Source: a candidate division FCPU426 bacterium
GTDB lineage: Bacteria; Oederibacteriota; Muellerivitia; Muellerivitales; Muellerivitaceae
DNA length: 64,000 bases
Assembly: GCA_963738405.1 (NCBI GenBank)
Contig: CAVTWJ010000021.1
Location: 41,298 to 105,297 of the forward strand
Reading direction: 5' to 3'
Positions 1 to 10,210 of the stretch are shown piece by piece. The notes under the pieces were generated by a model that saw nothing but the letters and a program-made list of their open reading frames with translations, searched no databases and had not been told where the DNA came from. The first letter of the stretch is position 1. Each line of letters starts with the position of its first letter. A program made the position numbers and the translations under genes.

Positions 1-1
1 G

Positions 2-169
2 TCGGCGGGACTGCAGGCCGGTTTTTGGACCTGGCTTGGATTTATTGTGACCACCCAGTTGAACGGCGTTCTTTGGGAAAAAAAGCCCTTCAAGATTTAC
101 CTCATCAATATCAGCTACTACCTGGTTTCATTTTTGGTGATGGGTTCGATCCTGGCGGTTTGGCAGTAA
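2..169 (+). CDS. Membrane protein, DUF1761-like (5' partial)
   Basis: Hand translation of frame 2 gives ...GFWTWLGFIVTTQLNGVLWEKKPFKIYLINISYYLVSFLVMGSILAVWQ*, the typical C-terminus of DUF1761 proteins. Runs off the window start. Confidence 0.7.
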   Translation, partial: SAGLQAGFWTWLGFIVTTQLNGVLWEKKPFKIYLINISYYLVSFLVMGSILAVWQ

Positions 170-191
170 AAGGCGGCTGACCGCCGGGGGG

Positions 192-635
192 TCAATGGTT
201 TTTCTTGGCCAGGGCGATGAGATATTTCTCGATCTTGTGAAGATCTTCCTGATTGATGGCAATCGTCTGCACCCCCGCGCGGTGGATGGTGCGGCCCATT
301 TCGATAAAGGATTCGGAACGGACGATCTTCGCCAGAAACTTGAGGACCGATTGATAGCGGGGCAGGTGCAAACCGATCTCAACCACCGCCCCGATGGGGA
401 AATCTTGTTCCCCCAAAAGCGCCAGCCCTCCCATGGAAATATCCTTGGTAACCGCGTGGTATAGCGAGGACTTGTGGGATAGGGCGGGAAGGTGGTCCAC
501 AGTGGTGGTTTTGTAGTCCACGTGTTCCAAAATGCTTTTGGAATCTTTAGGGTCCACCAATCGGTAATCGACCTTGACCGTCGCCACGATACGCTCATGC
601 TGGCGTTTCTCGACCCATCCCCTTTTGGTAGGCAT
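192..635 (-). CDS. PilZ-domain protein (putative c-di-GMP receptor)
   Basis: EKRQHER (RxxxR) and DISMGG (D/NxSxxG) motifs. Confidence 0.85.
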   Translation of the reverse strand: MPTKRGWVEKRQHERIVATVKVDYRLVDPKDSKSILEHVDYKTTTVDHLPALSHKSSLYHAVTKDISMGGLALLGEQDFPIGAVVEIGLHLPRYQSVLKFLAKIVRSESFIEMGRTIHRAGVQTIAINQEDLHKIEKYLIALAKKNH

Positions 636-693
636 AAGATTCCTTTGTCGGATCTGATTGTCCGGGAATTATAGCCTGACCCGATACCCGAAT

Positions 694-1638
694 TTATAGG
701 TTTACGATCTCATTTCGGGGATTGCCCTCCTGCCAGCCCAGGATGAGGCAGGAAGCCAAAACCAAAAGGGTTCCCAAGATGAAATGGGGCGTCAGGGGTT
801 CCCCCAAAAGCCCCCAGCCCAGAAGCGCCGCCAAAATGGGGGTGAGGAGGGATAAGAGGGTGCCCATGGAAAAACTGGTATAGCCGTAGCCCTGGGTAAA
901 CAAAAGCTGGGCCGCCATGGCGCAAAGCCCCATCACTATAAGTATCCCAAGCCCTGGCCCCGCCAAGGATTGAAACCTTCCCAGGGTCTCGAAAGCCCCT
1001 CCCAAAAAGGGAAAACCCAGCAAGCCCAATCCTGCGAAGAAGAACCCGAAGAGGGTAAAACTAAAAAAAACGGTCAAGGCATTGTCGGTTTTCCGGGCCA
1101 CCTTGATGGCGGCCACCCCGCCTCCCGCCGCCATGCCGGACAATACCCCGGTCAGGTCCCCCCATTCAAAATGGTCGAAGCTCACCCCCAAAACCAGCCA
1201 GACCCCGATGCCGGCCAAAAGAAGCGTCAGGGCGAAACCCTTGGGCGGCTGGTGCTTTAAAAACAGCACCCCGAAGACATTGGCCCAAATGGAATAGGTG
1301 TAGTTAAGAAGCGTGCCCTTGGCCGCTGTGGTGAGCTGTAGGGTGATGAAATAAAGAAGGACGGTGAGGCCCCCCAGGATGCCCCGCCATAGAAGGGCCT
1401 CCCGGTTCACCAGTTTGAGTTTCTGGGGCCCGTAAAAATGAAGCAGGGCGATTCCCGCCAAGGCGATGGTGAAGCGGCAGAAGCTGGTTTGCACCGCCCC
1501 GAAGTGGTACTGGTTTCCCCATTTCACCAGGATCGGGAGGAAGCCGAAGAAAACCCCCGAGAGGGTCATCAAGAGGATGCCGTTATGTTTTATTCTTCCC
1601 TTGTGAATTGTTGGTTGAGGTTTTCGGTTCATTCCCAT
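694..1638 (-). CDS. EamA/DMT family transporter
   Basis: About 10 hydrophobic helices in two EamA repeats. Start moved to ATG 1638 because the upstream extension is a repeat element; start uncertain. Confidence 0.85.
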   Translation of the reverse strand: MGMNRKPQPTIHKGRIKHNGILLMTLSGVFFGFLPILVKWGNQYHFGAVQTSFCRFTIALAGIALLHFYGPQKLKLVNREALLWRGILGGLTVLLYFITLQLTTAAKGTLLNYTYSIWANVFGVLFLKHQPPKGFALTLLLAGIGVWLVLGVSFDHFEWGDLTGVLSGMAAGGGVAAIKVARKTDNALTVFFSFTLFGFFFAGLGLLGFPFLGGAFETLGRFQSLAGPGLGILIVMGLCAMAAQLLFTQGYGYTSFSMGTLLSLLTPILAALLGWGLLGEPLTPHFILGTLLVLASCLILGWQEGNPRNEIVNL

Positions 1639-1641
1639 GGG

Positions 1642-1666
1642 CCGTTCTTGGTGTCTTGGTGGTGAA
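1642..1666 (-). repeat. Single arm of dispersed CACCAAGRC-based repeat element
   Basis: Reverse complement TTCACCACCAAGACACCAAGAACGG matches 15164-15188 with one mismatch and resembles the left arm at 10697-10726. Confidence 0.75.
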
Positions 1667-1688
1667 AATAGATGTGGCCGTTTGAGCC

Positions 1689-2318
1689 TCATAGGTGCTT
1701 TAACACGGGGCGCAGGTCACGGCCCGTTAATTCCCAGTCGCCCTTGCCCTTGAGGAATCGGTCGGGGTTCACCGCGATTTTCTTGCCCGCCACCTTGAAG
1801 ACCGCCCTGTCCGACCGGCTGTCCCCTAAGACCGCCGTATGCTTCAAGGAAACCTTGTGGCGTTTGGCGAGGTCTTTCAAGAAGATCGGTTTTTCATGTT
1901 CCTCAAAAATCACCATGCCCCGGCCCGTCACCCTGCCTCCCTTGATTTCAAGGGTCGTCCCCTTAACCTCATCAAACCCAAAGCGGTCTTGAAAATACCG
2001 GGCGGATAATTCATAGCCCAGCGTGGCTAGGGCCACCCCGTGACCTTGTCTCTTGAGGGCCTTCACCGTCTCGCCGATCCCCTTCATCTTGGGGATCTGG
2101 GCCAAGGCCTTATGGATATCGGTCAGTTTCCAGCCCTTCATGCGGCGGGTCACCTTCTTGGCCAGGGTGAGGTGGTCGGTTTTTTCCACCAGCCAGTCTT
2201 CTTCCAGTTTCCGGAAATAATCTTCCGCCCCCATTTTTCTAAAGATGAACCGGGTCGTGGAAACGCCGTAGGTGAGGGTGCCGTCGAGGTCAAAGAGGAT
2301 TACGCGCTTGGGGTTCAA
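1689..2318 (-). CDS. HAD-IB phosphatase (phosphoserine phosphatase-like)
   Basis: Motif I FDLDGTL, motif III K, motif IV GDSRSD. Probable TTG start at 2318; the longer ORF overlaps icd and its terminator. Confidence 0.8.
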   Translation of the reverse strand: MNPKRVILFDLDGTLTYGVSTTRFIFRKMGAEDYFRKLEEDWLVEKTDHLTLAKKVTRRMKGWKLTDIHKALAQIPKMKGIGETVKALKRQGHGVALATLGYELSARYFQDRFGFDEVKGTTLEIKGGRVTGRGMVIFEEHEKPIFLKDLAKRHKVSLKHTAVLGDSRSDRAVFKVAGKKIAVNPDRFLKGKGDWELTGRDLRPVLKHL

Positions 2319-2320
2319 TG

Positions 2321-2354
2321 AAAAAGGGCCTTTCAGAGGATATGAAGGGCCCTT
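2321..2354 (-). terminator. Probable intrinsic terminator of icd
   Basis: AAGGGCCCTTCA...TGAAAGGCCCTT stem followed by a T-run on the minus strand. Confidence 0.6.
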
Positions 2355-2392
2355 ATTAAACGAAAAATAATGTTTTTTTAAAAGCCTTACGC

Positions 2393-3652
2393 TCACCCCA
2401 TATTGGCGATGACGGCCGTGGCGAATTCGGAGCATTTCACTTCTTTCGCCCCTTCCATCTGCCGAGCGAAATCGTAAGTGACCACCTTTTGACTGATCGT
2501 CTTGTCCAGCGCCTTCACGATCAGGTTCGCCGCTTCCAGCCAGCCCATGTACTCGAACATCATGACGCCGGAAAGAACCACTGAACCCGGGTTTACCTTG
2601 TCCAGATTGGCGTACTTGGGGGCCGTGCCGTGCGTGGCCTCGAATATGGCGTGGCCGGTAACGTAATTGATGTTGCCGCCGGGGGCGATGCCGATGCCGC
2701 CCACCTGGGCCGCCAGGGCGTCGGATAAATAGTCGCCGTTCAGGTTCAGGGTGGCGATCACGTCGAACTCATCGGGGCGGGTCAAGACCTGCTGGAGGGT
2801 GATATCAGCGATGGAGTCCTTGATCACCAGCCCCGCGCCGGGCTTTCCCTCAGGGATCTTGCACCAGGGGCCGCCGTCCAGTTCCACCGCGCCGAACTCG
2901 CTCTTGGCCAGTCCATAACCCCAGTCGCGGAAGGCGCCTTCGGTGTACTTCATGATGTTGCCCTTGTGGACAAAATTCACGCTCTTGCGCTTCAAGCGGA
3001 TGGCGTATTGGATGGCCGCCCGAACCAGGCGCTCAGTGCCTTCTTTGGAAACAGGCTTGATGCCAATGCCGGAGGTTTGGGGGAAACGGATTTTTTTGAC
3101 CCCCATTTCCTTTTGCAGGAACTCGATCACCTTTTTCGCCTCGGGGGATTCGGCGGGCCACTCGATGCCGGCGTAAATATCCTCGGTGTTCTCGCGGAAG
3201 ATCACCATGTCCACCTTCTCCGGGCGCTTCACAGGCGAGGGAACCCCCTGGTAATAGCGCACCGGCCGGAGACAGACATAGAGATCCAGCTTTTGGCGCA
3301 GGGCCACATTAAGGGAGCTGATGCCGCCCCCCACGGGCGTCGTCAGGGGGCCCTTGATGCCCACCAAGTATTCCTTGAAAGCCTCGATCGTGTCCTCGGG
3401 CAACCAGTTTTGGAACTTGTCAAAGGCGGTCTGGCCCGCGAAGACCTCGAACCAGGATATTTTTTTCTTGCCCTGGTAGGCCTTGGCCACCGCCGCGTCA
3501 AAGATGCGTACCGAAGCGCGCCAGATGTCCGGCCCCGTCCCGTCGCCTTCGATAAAAGGAAGCACCGGATTATCCGGCACCTTCAAGACCCCGTTTTGAA
3601 TGGAAACTTTTTCGCCCTGCGGTGCTTTGACGTCTTTATAGGAATAAGACAA
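2393..3652 (-). CDS. icd: NADP-dependent isocitrate dehydrogenase (E. coli-type dimeric)
   Basis: [51 protein letters not shown] and [11 protein letters not shown] motifs; TTG start. Confidence 0.97.
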   Translation of the reverse strand: MSYSYKDVKAPQGEKVSIQNGVLKVPDNPVLPFIEGDGTGPDIWRASVRIFDAAVAKAYQGKKKISWFEVFAGQTAFDKFQNWLPEDTIEAFKEYLVGIKGPLTTPVGGGISSLNVALRQKLDLYVCLRPVRYYQGVPSPVKRPEKVDMVIFRENTEDIYAGIEWPAESPEAKKVIEFLQKEMGVKKIRFPQTSGIGIKPVSKEGTERLVRAAIQYAIRLKRKSVNFVHKGNIMKYTEGAFRDWGYGLAKSEFGAVELDGGPWCKIPEGKPGAGLVIKDSIADITLQQVLTRPDEFDVIATLNLNGDYLSDALAAQVGGIGIAPGGNINYVTGHAIFEATHGTAPKYANLDKVNPGSVVLSGVMMFEYMGWLEAANLIVKALDKTISQKVVTYDFARQMEGAKEVKCSEFATAVIANMG

Positions 3653-3768
3653 GGAAATCCTCCCCTGAAATTAGGTGATGGGTCCGCGATTGGACGCGGA
3701 AAAGAAAATCGTTCGCAGTTTATGCCTTGAAAAAAGGGGCGTCAAGAAAGACGCCATGAGAAAGGTTC

Positions 3769-5067
3769 TCAGGCTTGGGCGTCGGGGAGATGCCGGAAGT
3801 CTTCGGCACGAAGATTATACTTTCGCATCTTGCGCTGAAGGGTCTTGAGGCTCAGGCCCGACAAACAAGCCGCGTCCTGGAGTTTTCCCTTGGTTTTGGC
3901 AAGGGCGTCCACCAGATAGCCCCGCTCGGTGGTGTCCAGAAGCTGATCGAGCTTTTCACCGGAGGGCGAGACGATTCCTACGTCGAGCTTGGCGATTTGA
4001 GGGCCCGTGGCCATCAAACAGGCCCTTTCAATATGAATTTCCAGCTCCCTTAAGTTTCCCGGCCAGGGGTAGGTCATCAATTGGGAAAGGGCCTCCGGGC
4101 TCAGCTTTTCGGCCGGGGAGCCCGTCACCACCCGGAAGGTTTCGATGAAATGCTGGGCCAGAAAAGGAAGGTCCTGGGGGCGCTCCCTGAGGGAAGGCAA
4201 TCGCAGGGTGCGGGAAGCGAACCGGTTGAAAAGATCCAGCCGGATGATTTCCTGGTGGACCAGCTGGTCGATATCTTGCCTTGTGGCCGCCACGACCCGT
4301 GGTTCGTTCTTCCCCGCCGTCTTAGCCAAAACGGACGCCAGTTTTTTCTGGCTGGCTTCACCCAGGCCGCAGATCTCATCCAGATAGAGGGTTCCCCCGG
4401 CGGCCTTTTCCCAGGCTCCGCCGGGTCCGAAAAGCCCGGCCGCGCAATCACCCTCCTGATTGTCCACGCAATGGAAGACATGAAAAGGGGCTTCGGCCCG
4501 GCGGGACCTTTGGTGAAGTGCGCGGGCGAATGATTTTTTTCCCGTGCCTTTTTCCCCCTGCAGCAGCACCGGCCAGCCGTCGTCGGCCCAATGGGACATC
4601 TGCTCAAACACCAGCTGGAACCGCTTATCCCGGCTGCTGATGGTTCCGGCGTTTTGGGGAAGGGGCGCGCCCTTGGTTAGCTCCGTGATATCCTTCACCA
4701 CTTCCACGACATAATCGACCGATTTGTGGGACGCGTTCCAAAGGGGATAGATGGAAACCTGGAAATCCCGATTGGCCCCCTGTTCCCCCAGGGTGGCGTA
4801 TCCTAGGTGGGGTTGTCCGGTCTCGAAAACCATTTTGGCTTTGCAGAAAAAACATTTTTCAGCGAAACCGTAGAAAGCCTGGTGGCAGGGAAGGCCGCGC
4901 AATTCGTCGAGCTTTTTCCCCAGGTTCTGGCTGGAGGTCTGGTTGACGAAGACCAGTCGGAACTGCCGGTCGATAATTTTCACCGACTGGGGCAATCCGT
5001 CCAAGACTTCCCTGAGAAAGGGAGCCTTGGTATAGAGGGCGGGAGGCCGGTAACGGCGGGGGCTCAA
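3769..5067 (-). CDS. PAS + degenerate bEBP-type AAA+ + Fis-HTH transcriptional regulator (no GAFTGA)
   Basis: N-terminal PAS, Walker A GEKGTGK, GGTLYLDEI, LPSLRER, YPWPGNLREL and a C-terminal HTH. Confidence 0.85.
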   Translation of the reverse strand: MSPRRYRPPALYTKAPFLREVLDGLPQSVKIIDRQFRLVFVNQTSSQNLGKKLDELRGLPCHQAFYGFAEKCFFCKAKMVFETGQPHLGYATLGEQGANRDFQVSIYPLWNASHKSVDYVVEVVKDITELTKGAPLPQNAGTISSRDKRFQLVFEQMSHWADDGWPVLLQGEKGTGKKSFARALHQRSRRAEAPFHVFHCVDNQEGDCAAGLFGPGGAWEKAAGGTLYLDEICGLGEASQKKLASVLAKTAGKNEPRVVAATRQDIDQLVHQEIIRLDLFNRFASRTLRLPSLRERPQDLPFLAQHFIETFRVVTGSPAEKLSPEALSQLMTYPWPGNLRELEIHIERACLMATGPQIAKLDVGIVSPSGEKLDQLLDTTERGYLVDALAKTKGKLQDAACLSGLSLKTLQRKMRKYNLRAEDFRHLPDAQA

Positions 5068-5108
5068 GCCGCGGCCCTATGCGTGGAAATCACGTCGGAA
5101 AAATTTCC

Positions 5109-5777
5109 TTAGTTTTTGGAGAGGCTAGGGGGAAGGGGCGCGGTTTCTGTTTTCTCAGGGACGCCCGAGGAAATGTAGTGCTTGAACCGCTTCTTCATTT
5201 CCAGCAGATCCTTGCGGATGGCCGAAAGCTTGTCCGCCAATTCCTGCTCCTCGCCGAAAACCTCGATCGCCTTTTCCAGAAGCTTCAGCGACTCCTGCTG
5301 AAGGGAAACTTCTTTTTGAATGAGCGATTGGAAGGATCCCGTTTCCACCTGCTCGGCAAGATGCCCCGTGACGGTCAGGGTCACCGGGATTCCCGTCAAA
5401 TCGTAAAGGGTCTTCACGATGGCCTGGTAGTGCTTCTGCGCCGAGGCCAAGAGCTGCCAAAGGGCGCTGACCGAATTCTCGTCATCCTGGCCCACCGTGG
5501 CGGTGGCGGTGGAAAGAACCATCAAACGGCGATAAAAGAGGTCCAAAACCTGGAAGAGGATGGCGGCCTTGCGGAGGGTGATCTTGCTGATGTGGGTCTT
5601 GTTATTGAGGAGCACCTTCACTTCATTGACCTTCAACTCGCACTGCTCCAGCAATTCCCGGTTGGCGCGGGCGTCCCTGGGGCTGATGCGAAGGGCCCGG
5701 CTGGCTAAGTGCTGAACATTACGGCCTAAAGACTCTACCGTCTCAATAAGCTGAAAAAGCGAAAAATAAAAGTTCAT
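5109..5777 (-). CDS. Hypothetical alpha-helical/coiled-coil protein
   Basis: 222-aa ORF with GGGGAG RBS, co-oriented just upstream of the regulator. No recognised motif. Confidence 0.65.
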   Translation of the reverse strand: MNFYFSLFQLIETVESLGRNVQHLASRALRISPRDARANRELLEQCELKVNEVKVLLNNKTHISKITLRKAAILFQVLDLFYRRLMVLSTATATVGQDDENSVSALWQLLASAQKHYQAIVKTLYDLTGIPVTLTVTGHLAEQVETGSFQSLIQKEVSLQQESLKLLEKAIEVFGEEQELADKLSAIRKDLLEMKKRFKHYISSGVPEKTETAPLPPSLSKN

Positions 5778-6114
5778 GATCGGCTCCCCTATTCTTTCGA
5801 CCTTACTTGGGTGGGCTTGGAAAGGCTTATTTAGTAGGTCAAAAGATTCTTTAGATGAAGTATAGCGACTGTACCTATAAGGTTACACAAATAATCGTCG
5901 GGACAATGTAAATTGTTAAAATATAAGGGTAATCGAAGCATTTAAGGTTTAGCGAAAAATAAACAGATTCTCAAAAAAGGTCATAATTGTCTCTTATGTG
6001 TCAAAATTTACACTTAATTAACAAGCTTTATACCCAAGTTGCCTAGCTTCCTTTGGGCTGTTTTAGCGAAACTTTGGACCACCAGTTCAATCCACCATCA
6101 CGGAGAGGTGTTGC

Positions 6115-6567
6115 ATGCTCAAAGAAGGCGCCAAGGCCCCTGAATTTTCTTTGGAAACAGACAAGGGAGAAAAGGTTTCGCTGAAGGATTTCAAGGGCAA
6201 ATCGGTGGTGCTTTATTTTTACCCTAAGGACATGACGCCCGGCTGTACCCAGGAAGCCTGTGATTTCCGAGACAACTGGGAAAGGGTGAAGAAAAAGGGA
6301 GCCGTGGTTTTAGGCGTCAGCGCGGACCCCGTGAAAAAACACCAGACCTTCAAGGAAAAGTACAAACTCCCTTTCACACTGCTTTCAGATGAGAAAAAGG
6401 AAATGTTGAAAGAATACGGAGTGTGGAAGAAAAAGAAATTCATGGGCCGGGAATTTATGGGTATCGTGCGTTCCACGTTTCTCATCGGCAAGGACGGCAA
6501 GATTGAGAAGATCTGGTCCCCTGTCAGCGTGAAGGGCCATGTGGACGAGGTCATAGAAGCCCTATAG
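6115..6567 (+). CDS. bcp: Thioredoxin-dependent peroxiredoxin Bcp/PrxQ
   Basis: [16 protein letters not shown] signature; GGAGAGG RBS. Confidence 0.95.
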   Translation: MLKEGAKAPEFSLETDKGEKVSLKDFKGKSVVLYFYPKDMTPGCTQEACDFRDNWERVKKKGAVVLGVSADPVKKHQTFKEKYKLPFTLLSDEKKEMLKEYGVWKKKKFMGREFMGIVRSTFLIGKDGKIEKIWSPVSVKGHVDEVIEAL

Positions 6568-6903
6568 GGTTGGCCCTGGGTCGACACGCCTTCTCTCATC
6601 CGTAATGGGAATATAGTCCAGCTTCACGTCTCCTACGATCTGGCATTGGCAGGCCAGCCGCCATGAGGGCCTTGCCTTGATCGTGGCCAGGGTCTGCCTT
6701 TCCCTCTCGGTGGGGGGCGAAAGGTTTTCCATTCCCTCAATCACTTCCGTCAGGCAGGTGGTGCAAACCGCGCGCTCGCACCGGTAACGGATCGGCAGGT
6801 CGTAGCGGAAGGTGGCGTCTACCAGGGTGTCTTCCACGTCCACCTCGCCCGATTCTCCTGTCCTGGGAAAAGTAATCTTGGCTTTTTTAATTTCTTCCGG
6901 CAT
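6562..6903 (-). CDS. [2Fe-2S] ferredoxin
   Basis: C-x4-C-x2-C (CERAVCTTC) and RLACQ. Confidence 0.9.
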   Translation of the reverse strand: MPEEIKKAKITFPRTGESGEVDVEDTLVDATFRYDLPIRYRCERAVCTTCLTEVIEGMENLSPPTERERQTLATIKARPSWRLACQCQIVGDVKLDYIPITDERRRVDPGPTL

Positions 6904-7001
6904 GTCTTCCTCTTTAATTTACGCTGACGGACCGTCCAGCCCTCGTTGAAAGCTTATCAAGGCTCGCATAGAATGCGGATAAGTTTTTTCAAGGGGGCGC
7001 T

Positions 7002-7517
7002 ATGGCCTTTCTCCGTTTCCTGCATCTTTTTACCTTTGTCTTCTGGTATGGAACCCTTCTATATTTCACCTTCATCCAAGCCCCGGTCCTCTTCAAGACC
7101 CTTCCCCGGGACCTTTTCGGATTGGTTCAAAGCAAGCTCTTTCCGCCCTTTTACATCATCAGTTACGTCTGCGGCACCTTCCTTATCGTCTCGTACCATT
7201 TTCTCAATCCCCTGAAGCCCAACGACCCGCAGGACTGCGTAAAGATCACAGCCCTCTATCTGATGCTTTTGCTTTCCCTGGCCCAAGGAATGTGGATCGG
7301 CCCCAAGGCCGCCCAGCTTCGCTTAGACCGCATCGCCGCGGAAGAGGCCAAGGACGCGCCGAAAGCCGAGAGTTTGAGCCATGAATTCGGCAAGGCCCAC
7401 GGGATTTCCAGCCTGATCAACCTGCTGGTGATCTTGTCCGGCCTGGTTTATCTCATCTACTTCAATCTCAAGCCCGCCGCTCCCGCACCTTCCCTAATCC
7501 AAAAAATATTTGGATGA
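7002..7517 (+). CDS. DUF4149/TMEM205-like membrane protein
   Basis: APVLFKTLPRDLFGLVQSKLFP and FGKAHGISSLINL are characteristic; four TM segments. Confidence 0.85.
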   Translation: MAFLRFLHLFTFVFWYGTLLYFTFIQAPVLFKTLPRDLFGLVQSKLFPPFYIISYVCGTFLIVSYHFLNPLKPNDPQDCVKITALYLMLLLSLAQGMWIGPKAAQLRLDRIAAEEAKDAPKAESLSHEFGKAHGISSLINLLVILSGLVYLIYFNLKPAAPAPSLIQKIFG

Positions 7518-8314
7518 TTTCAAAAGCTTTTCTTTTTCCCTTTTTCTTTTTTGGATTAATTCTTCTTGTTCTTCCCTCTTGTGCGCATGTTCCAACACCC
7601 AATTCCAATGGACTTGGGGCCATGTCCCAAACCCCCGCGCCTCCAAACGATAAAAACGCCCAAACTTCCAAACTTTTTCCTCTTCTTCACTATCCCTACC
7701 AAGAGGAAGCGCCAAATCCGATTGAAATAAGCGAGACCTCCCTCCTTGCCTCGGAAAAGGATTGGAGTCGCGACCTGCAAACCCAGCCTGACCGCCTGGA
7801 CTTGATCCTTTCCCTCGCCAAGGCGGATCAGGCCCTGGGTTGGTTTGAAACCCAGTACGCTCTTTTAGCCCAGACCCTCCAAAAGATTGACCAGAAAGAG
7901 GCGAATTTTCAGTGGAGTCCTGGCCAGGAACTGCCCGATTCCCCCGCCCATCTTCTTTCCACCGCCCTTTTGGAATCGGAGGCTTTCTACTTCAATCAAG
8001 GCCCGGATCAAACCGAAAAGGCTTCCCGCTTGGCGCGGCTGGCCATGACCTACAACGAGCAGGACCCCTACGCCTATAACGCCTTGGCCGTCTGCCATCA
8101 AATCCAGGGCAATTCCCAGCACACCTTGAAATACCTTTTGATCGCCTTGAGCCGGGACCCTCAAAACTGCATGGTTCTGGGAAATATCGGCAGGCTTCTC
8201 TCGAGCTTGGGAAAGAAAAAGGAGGCGAGGATCTATTTCAAGCGGGTGATTTCATTGAACAGAGAGCCGGATGAGACAAAGGAAGTGAAGGCCTACTTGA
8301 GAATTAAGCCTTAG
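7514..8314 (+). CDS. TPR-containing lipoprotein
   Basis: Hydrophobic signal with lipobox LPSC; C-terminal TPR-like helices; ATGA overlap with the upstream gene. Confidence 0.7.
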   Translation: MISKAFLFPFFFFGLILLVLPSCAHVPTPNSNGLGAMSQTPAPPNDKNAQTSKLFPLLHYPYQEEAPNPIEISETSLLASEKDWSRDLQTQPDRLDLILSLAKADQALGWFETQYALLAQTLQKIDQKEANFQWSPGQELPDSPAHLLSTALLESEAFYFNQGPDQTEKASRLARLAMTYNEQDPYAYNALAVCHQIQGNSQHTLKYLLIALSRDPQNCMVLGNIGRLLSSLGKKKEARIYFKRVISLNREPDETKEVKAYLRIKP

Positions 8315-8927
8315 GTCCCTGCGCACGGGCCCGTTCCTCATTGATATAGCGGGTGGCCTCGGAAAAGCCGTAGACCGGGGCATCGGTCAGGGCCTTTAAA
8401 TCGTTGGTCTTGCCGATCTTTTCGTAATATTCCATCATCCCGGCCAGAACCAGCATGAGAAAGAAGAGGGAAGGTTCCCCAAGGGTCTTAATGAGGTATT
8501 GCAGAAAGAAAATGACCGTCACCGGGTAGGTGTGGCCCTCGTCGCCCAGGGGCAGAACCAATTCGGCCAGCCGGCCGTCCTGTTCCTGGATCAGTTTAAG
8601 CGTAACCGCCCTCTCAACTTTTTCAGGCGCCGTCTCCAGAAGCGTTTGATCCTTCCCCAAGATCACCGGCCGAAACAGGCCCTTGGGGTTGACCGTATCG
8701 GCCATGGCCTGCTGGAGATAGCCGAACAACAGAGAAACCTGCTTGTTCTCACCCAGCAAAAAGAGAAGCCGGGCCGTCGCTAGGCTGAAAAGCTGAATCT
8801 CGTCCCGCTCCCGGGAGATCCCGTCCACTTCTTCGGACTGATATTCCACAAAAGCCTTAAAGGGCGCCTCGAAAACCACCTTGGCGGTGCCGATGTTTTT
8901 TTTGATTTCTTCCACTGGGGCGGTCAC
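8304..8927 (-). CDS. Hypothetical protein
   Basis: 207-aa ORF directly downstream of moeB with host-like codon usage. Confidence 0.65.
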   Translation of the reverse strand: MTAPVEEIKKNIGTAKVVFEAPFKAFVEYQSEEVDGISRERDEIQLFSLATARLLFLLGENKQVSLLFGYLQQAMADTVNPKGLFRPVILGKDQTLLETAPEKVERAVTLKLIQEQDGRLAELVLPLGDEGHTYPVTVIFFLQYLIKTLGEPSLFFLMLVLAGMMEYYEKIGKTNDLKALTDAPVYGFSEATRYINEERARAQGPKA

Positions 8928-8948
8928 TCAATCCGGTCCTTGAATGAT

Positions 8949-10109
8949 TTAGTACTTAGGAACCGACGAATCCACCTGATCGCTCCAGCCCAGGATGCCG
9001 CCCGCCACGTTGACCAGGTTGGAAAAGCCCTGCTGCTTTAAAAAGTTGATGGCTTTCATGCTCCGCACCCCGCTCTTGCAATGCACCACGATTTCCTTGT
9101 CCTTCACCTTGTCCAGTTCATGGAATCGGTTAGGCAGTTGGGATAGAGGCAACAAGGTGGAACCCTTGATGTTGGCGATCTCGTACTCGTTGGGCTCGCG
9201 CACGTCCAACAACAGAAAATCTTGTTTCTCGTCCATCTTGACCTTCAGTTCCAGCGGTGTGATTTCATCCTTATTCATCACCTTGACCTCCTGGGTCTGG
9301 GTGTCTTCCACCCTCATGCCGCAAAATTGCTCGTAATCGATCAGCTCGTGAATGGTCGGGTTCGTTCCGCAGATAGGGCAGGCCGGGTCCTTGTGAAGTT
9401 TTAAGGTGCGAAACTGCATGTCGAGCGAGTTGTAGATCACGAACTTGCCGATGGCGGGCTTGCCGATGCCCGTGATGAGCTTGATGGCCTCGGTGGCCTG
9501 GATGGCCCCGATGGTGCCCACCATGGCGCCCATGACCCCGCCCTCGGCGCAGGAAGGCACCTCGCCCGGGGGAGGCGGTTCGGGGTAAAGGCAGCGGTAG
9601 CAGGGCCCCTCGGGGGTCTTGAAGACCGTCATCTGCCCGTCGAAGCGGAAGATGGAGCCGTAAATGTTGGCCTTACCCTGAAGCACCGCCGCGTCGTTGG
9701 TCAGGTAGCGGGTCGGGAAATTGTCCGTCCCGTCAATGATCAGATCGTAATCTTTCAAGATGCCCATGATGTTGTCGCTCTTCAGGGCCACGGCGTAGGT
9801 ATTCACCTTCACGTCCGGGTTCAGGGCCTTAAGCCGCTTGGCGGCCACTTCCACCTTGGGTTTTCCCACATCTTCGGTGGTAAAAAGCACCTGGCGTTGC
9901 AGGTTGCTGGCGTCCACCGTGTCGAAATCCACAATACCGATGGTGCCCACACCCGCCGCGGCAAGATAAAGGGAAATGGGGCATCCTAACCCGCCCGCGC
10001 CTACCACCAGCACCTTGGCTTCCAAAAGTTTCTTTTGACCCGTTACCCCCACCTCGGGCAGGAGGATATGGCGCGTATAGCGTTTGATTTGGTCTTGGCT
10101 GAGATTCAT
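8949..10109 (-). CDS. moeB: MoeB/MoeZ-type adenylyltransferase with C-terminal rhodanese domain
   Basis: RYTRHI, GAGGLG, SNLQRQ, CYRC and CPIC zinc motifs, rhodanese loop HCKSGVRS. Confidence 0.93.
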   Translation of the reverse strand: MNLSQDQIKRYTRHILLPEVGVTGQKKLLEAKVLVVGAGGLGCPISLYLAAAGVGTIGIVDFDTVDASNLQRQVLFTTEDVGKPKVEVAAKRLKALNPDVKVNTYAVALKSDNIMGILKDYDLIIDGTDNFPTRYLTNDAAVLQGKANIYGSIFRFDGQMTVFKTPEGPCYRCLYPEPPPPGEVPSCAEGGVMGAMVGTIGAIQATEAIKLITGIGKPAIGKFVIYNSLDMQFRTLKLHKDPACPICGTNPTIHELIDYEQFCGMRVEDTQTQEVKVMNKDEITPLELKVKMDEKQDFLLLDVREPNEYEIANIKGSTLLPLSQLPNRFHELDKVKDKEIVVHCKSGVRSMKAINFLKQQGFSNLVNVAGGILGWSDQVDSSVPKY

Positions 10110-10210
10110 GGGTTTCTCCCCGGTGATTTAGGTGAGGCTTAGGCGGCAACAGGAAAAGCATGATAGGGGCGCAAGAAGGGGCAAATCAACCAATGATCGA
10201 ATCCCCGCCT

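Noticed and set aside
2966..3730. 254-aa + strand ORF and similar long antisense ORFs over sdhA, korA, mqnD, the VWA gene and the YfhO-like gene
   Set aside because: They lie entirely opposite well-recognised genes, have no motifs, and are expected in GC-rich coding DNA.
8949..10109. MoeB as part of a ubiquitin-like or defence (E1-E2-JAB) system
   Set aside because: It has ordinary MoeZ architecture, and no ThiS/MoaD, E2 or JAB gene is adjacent.
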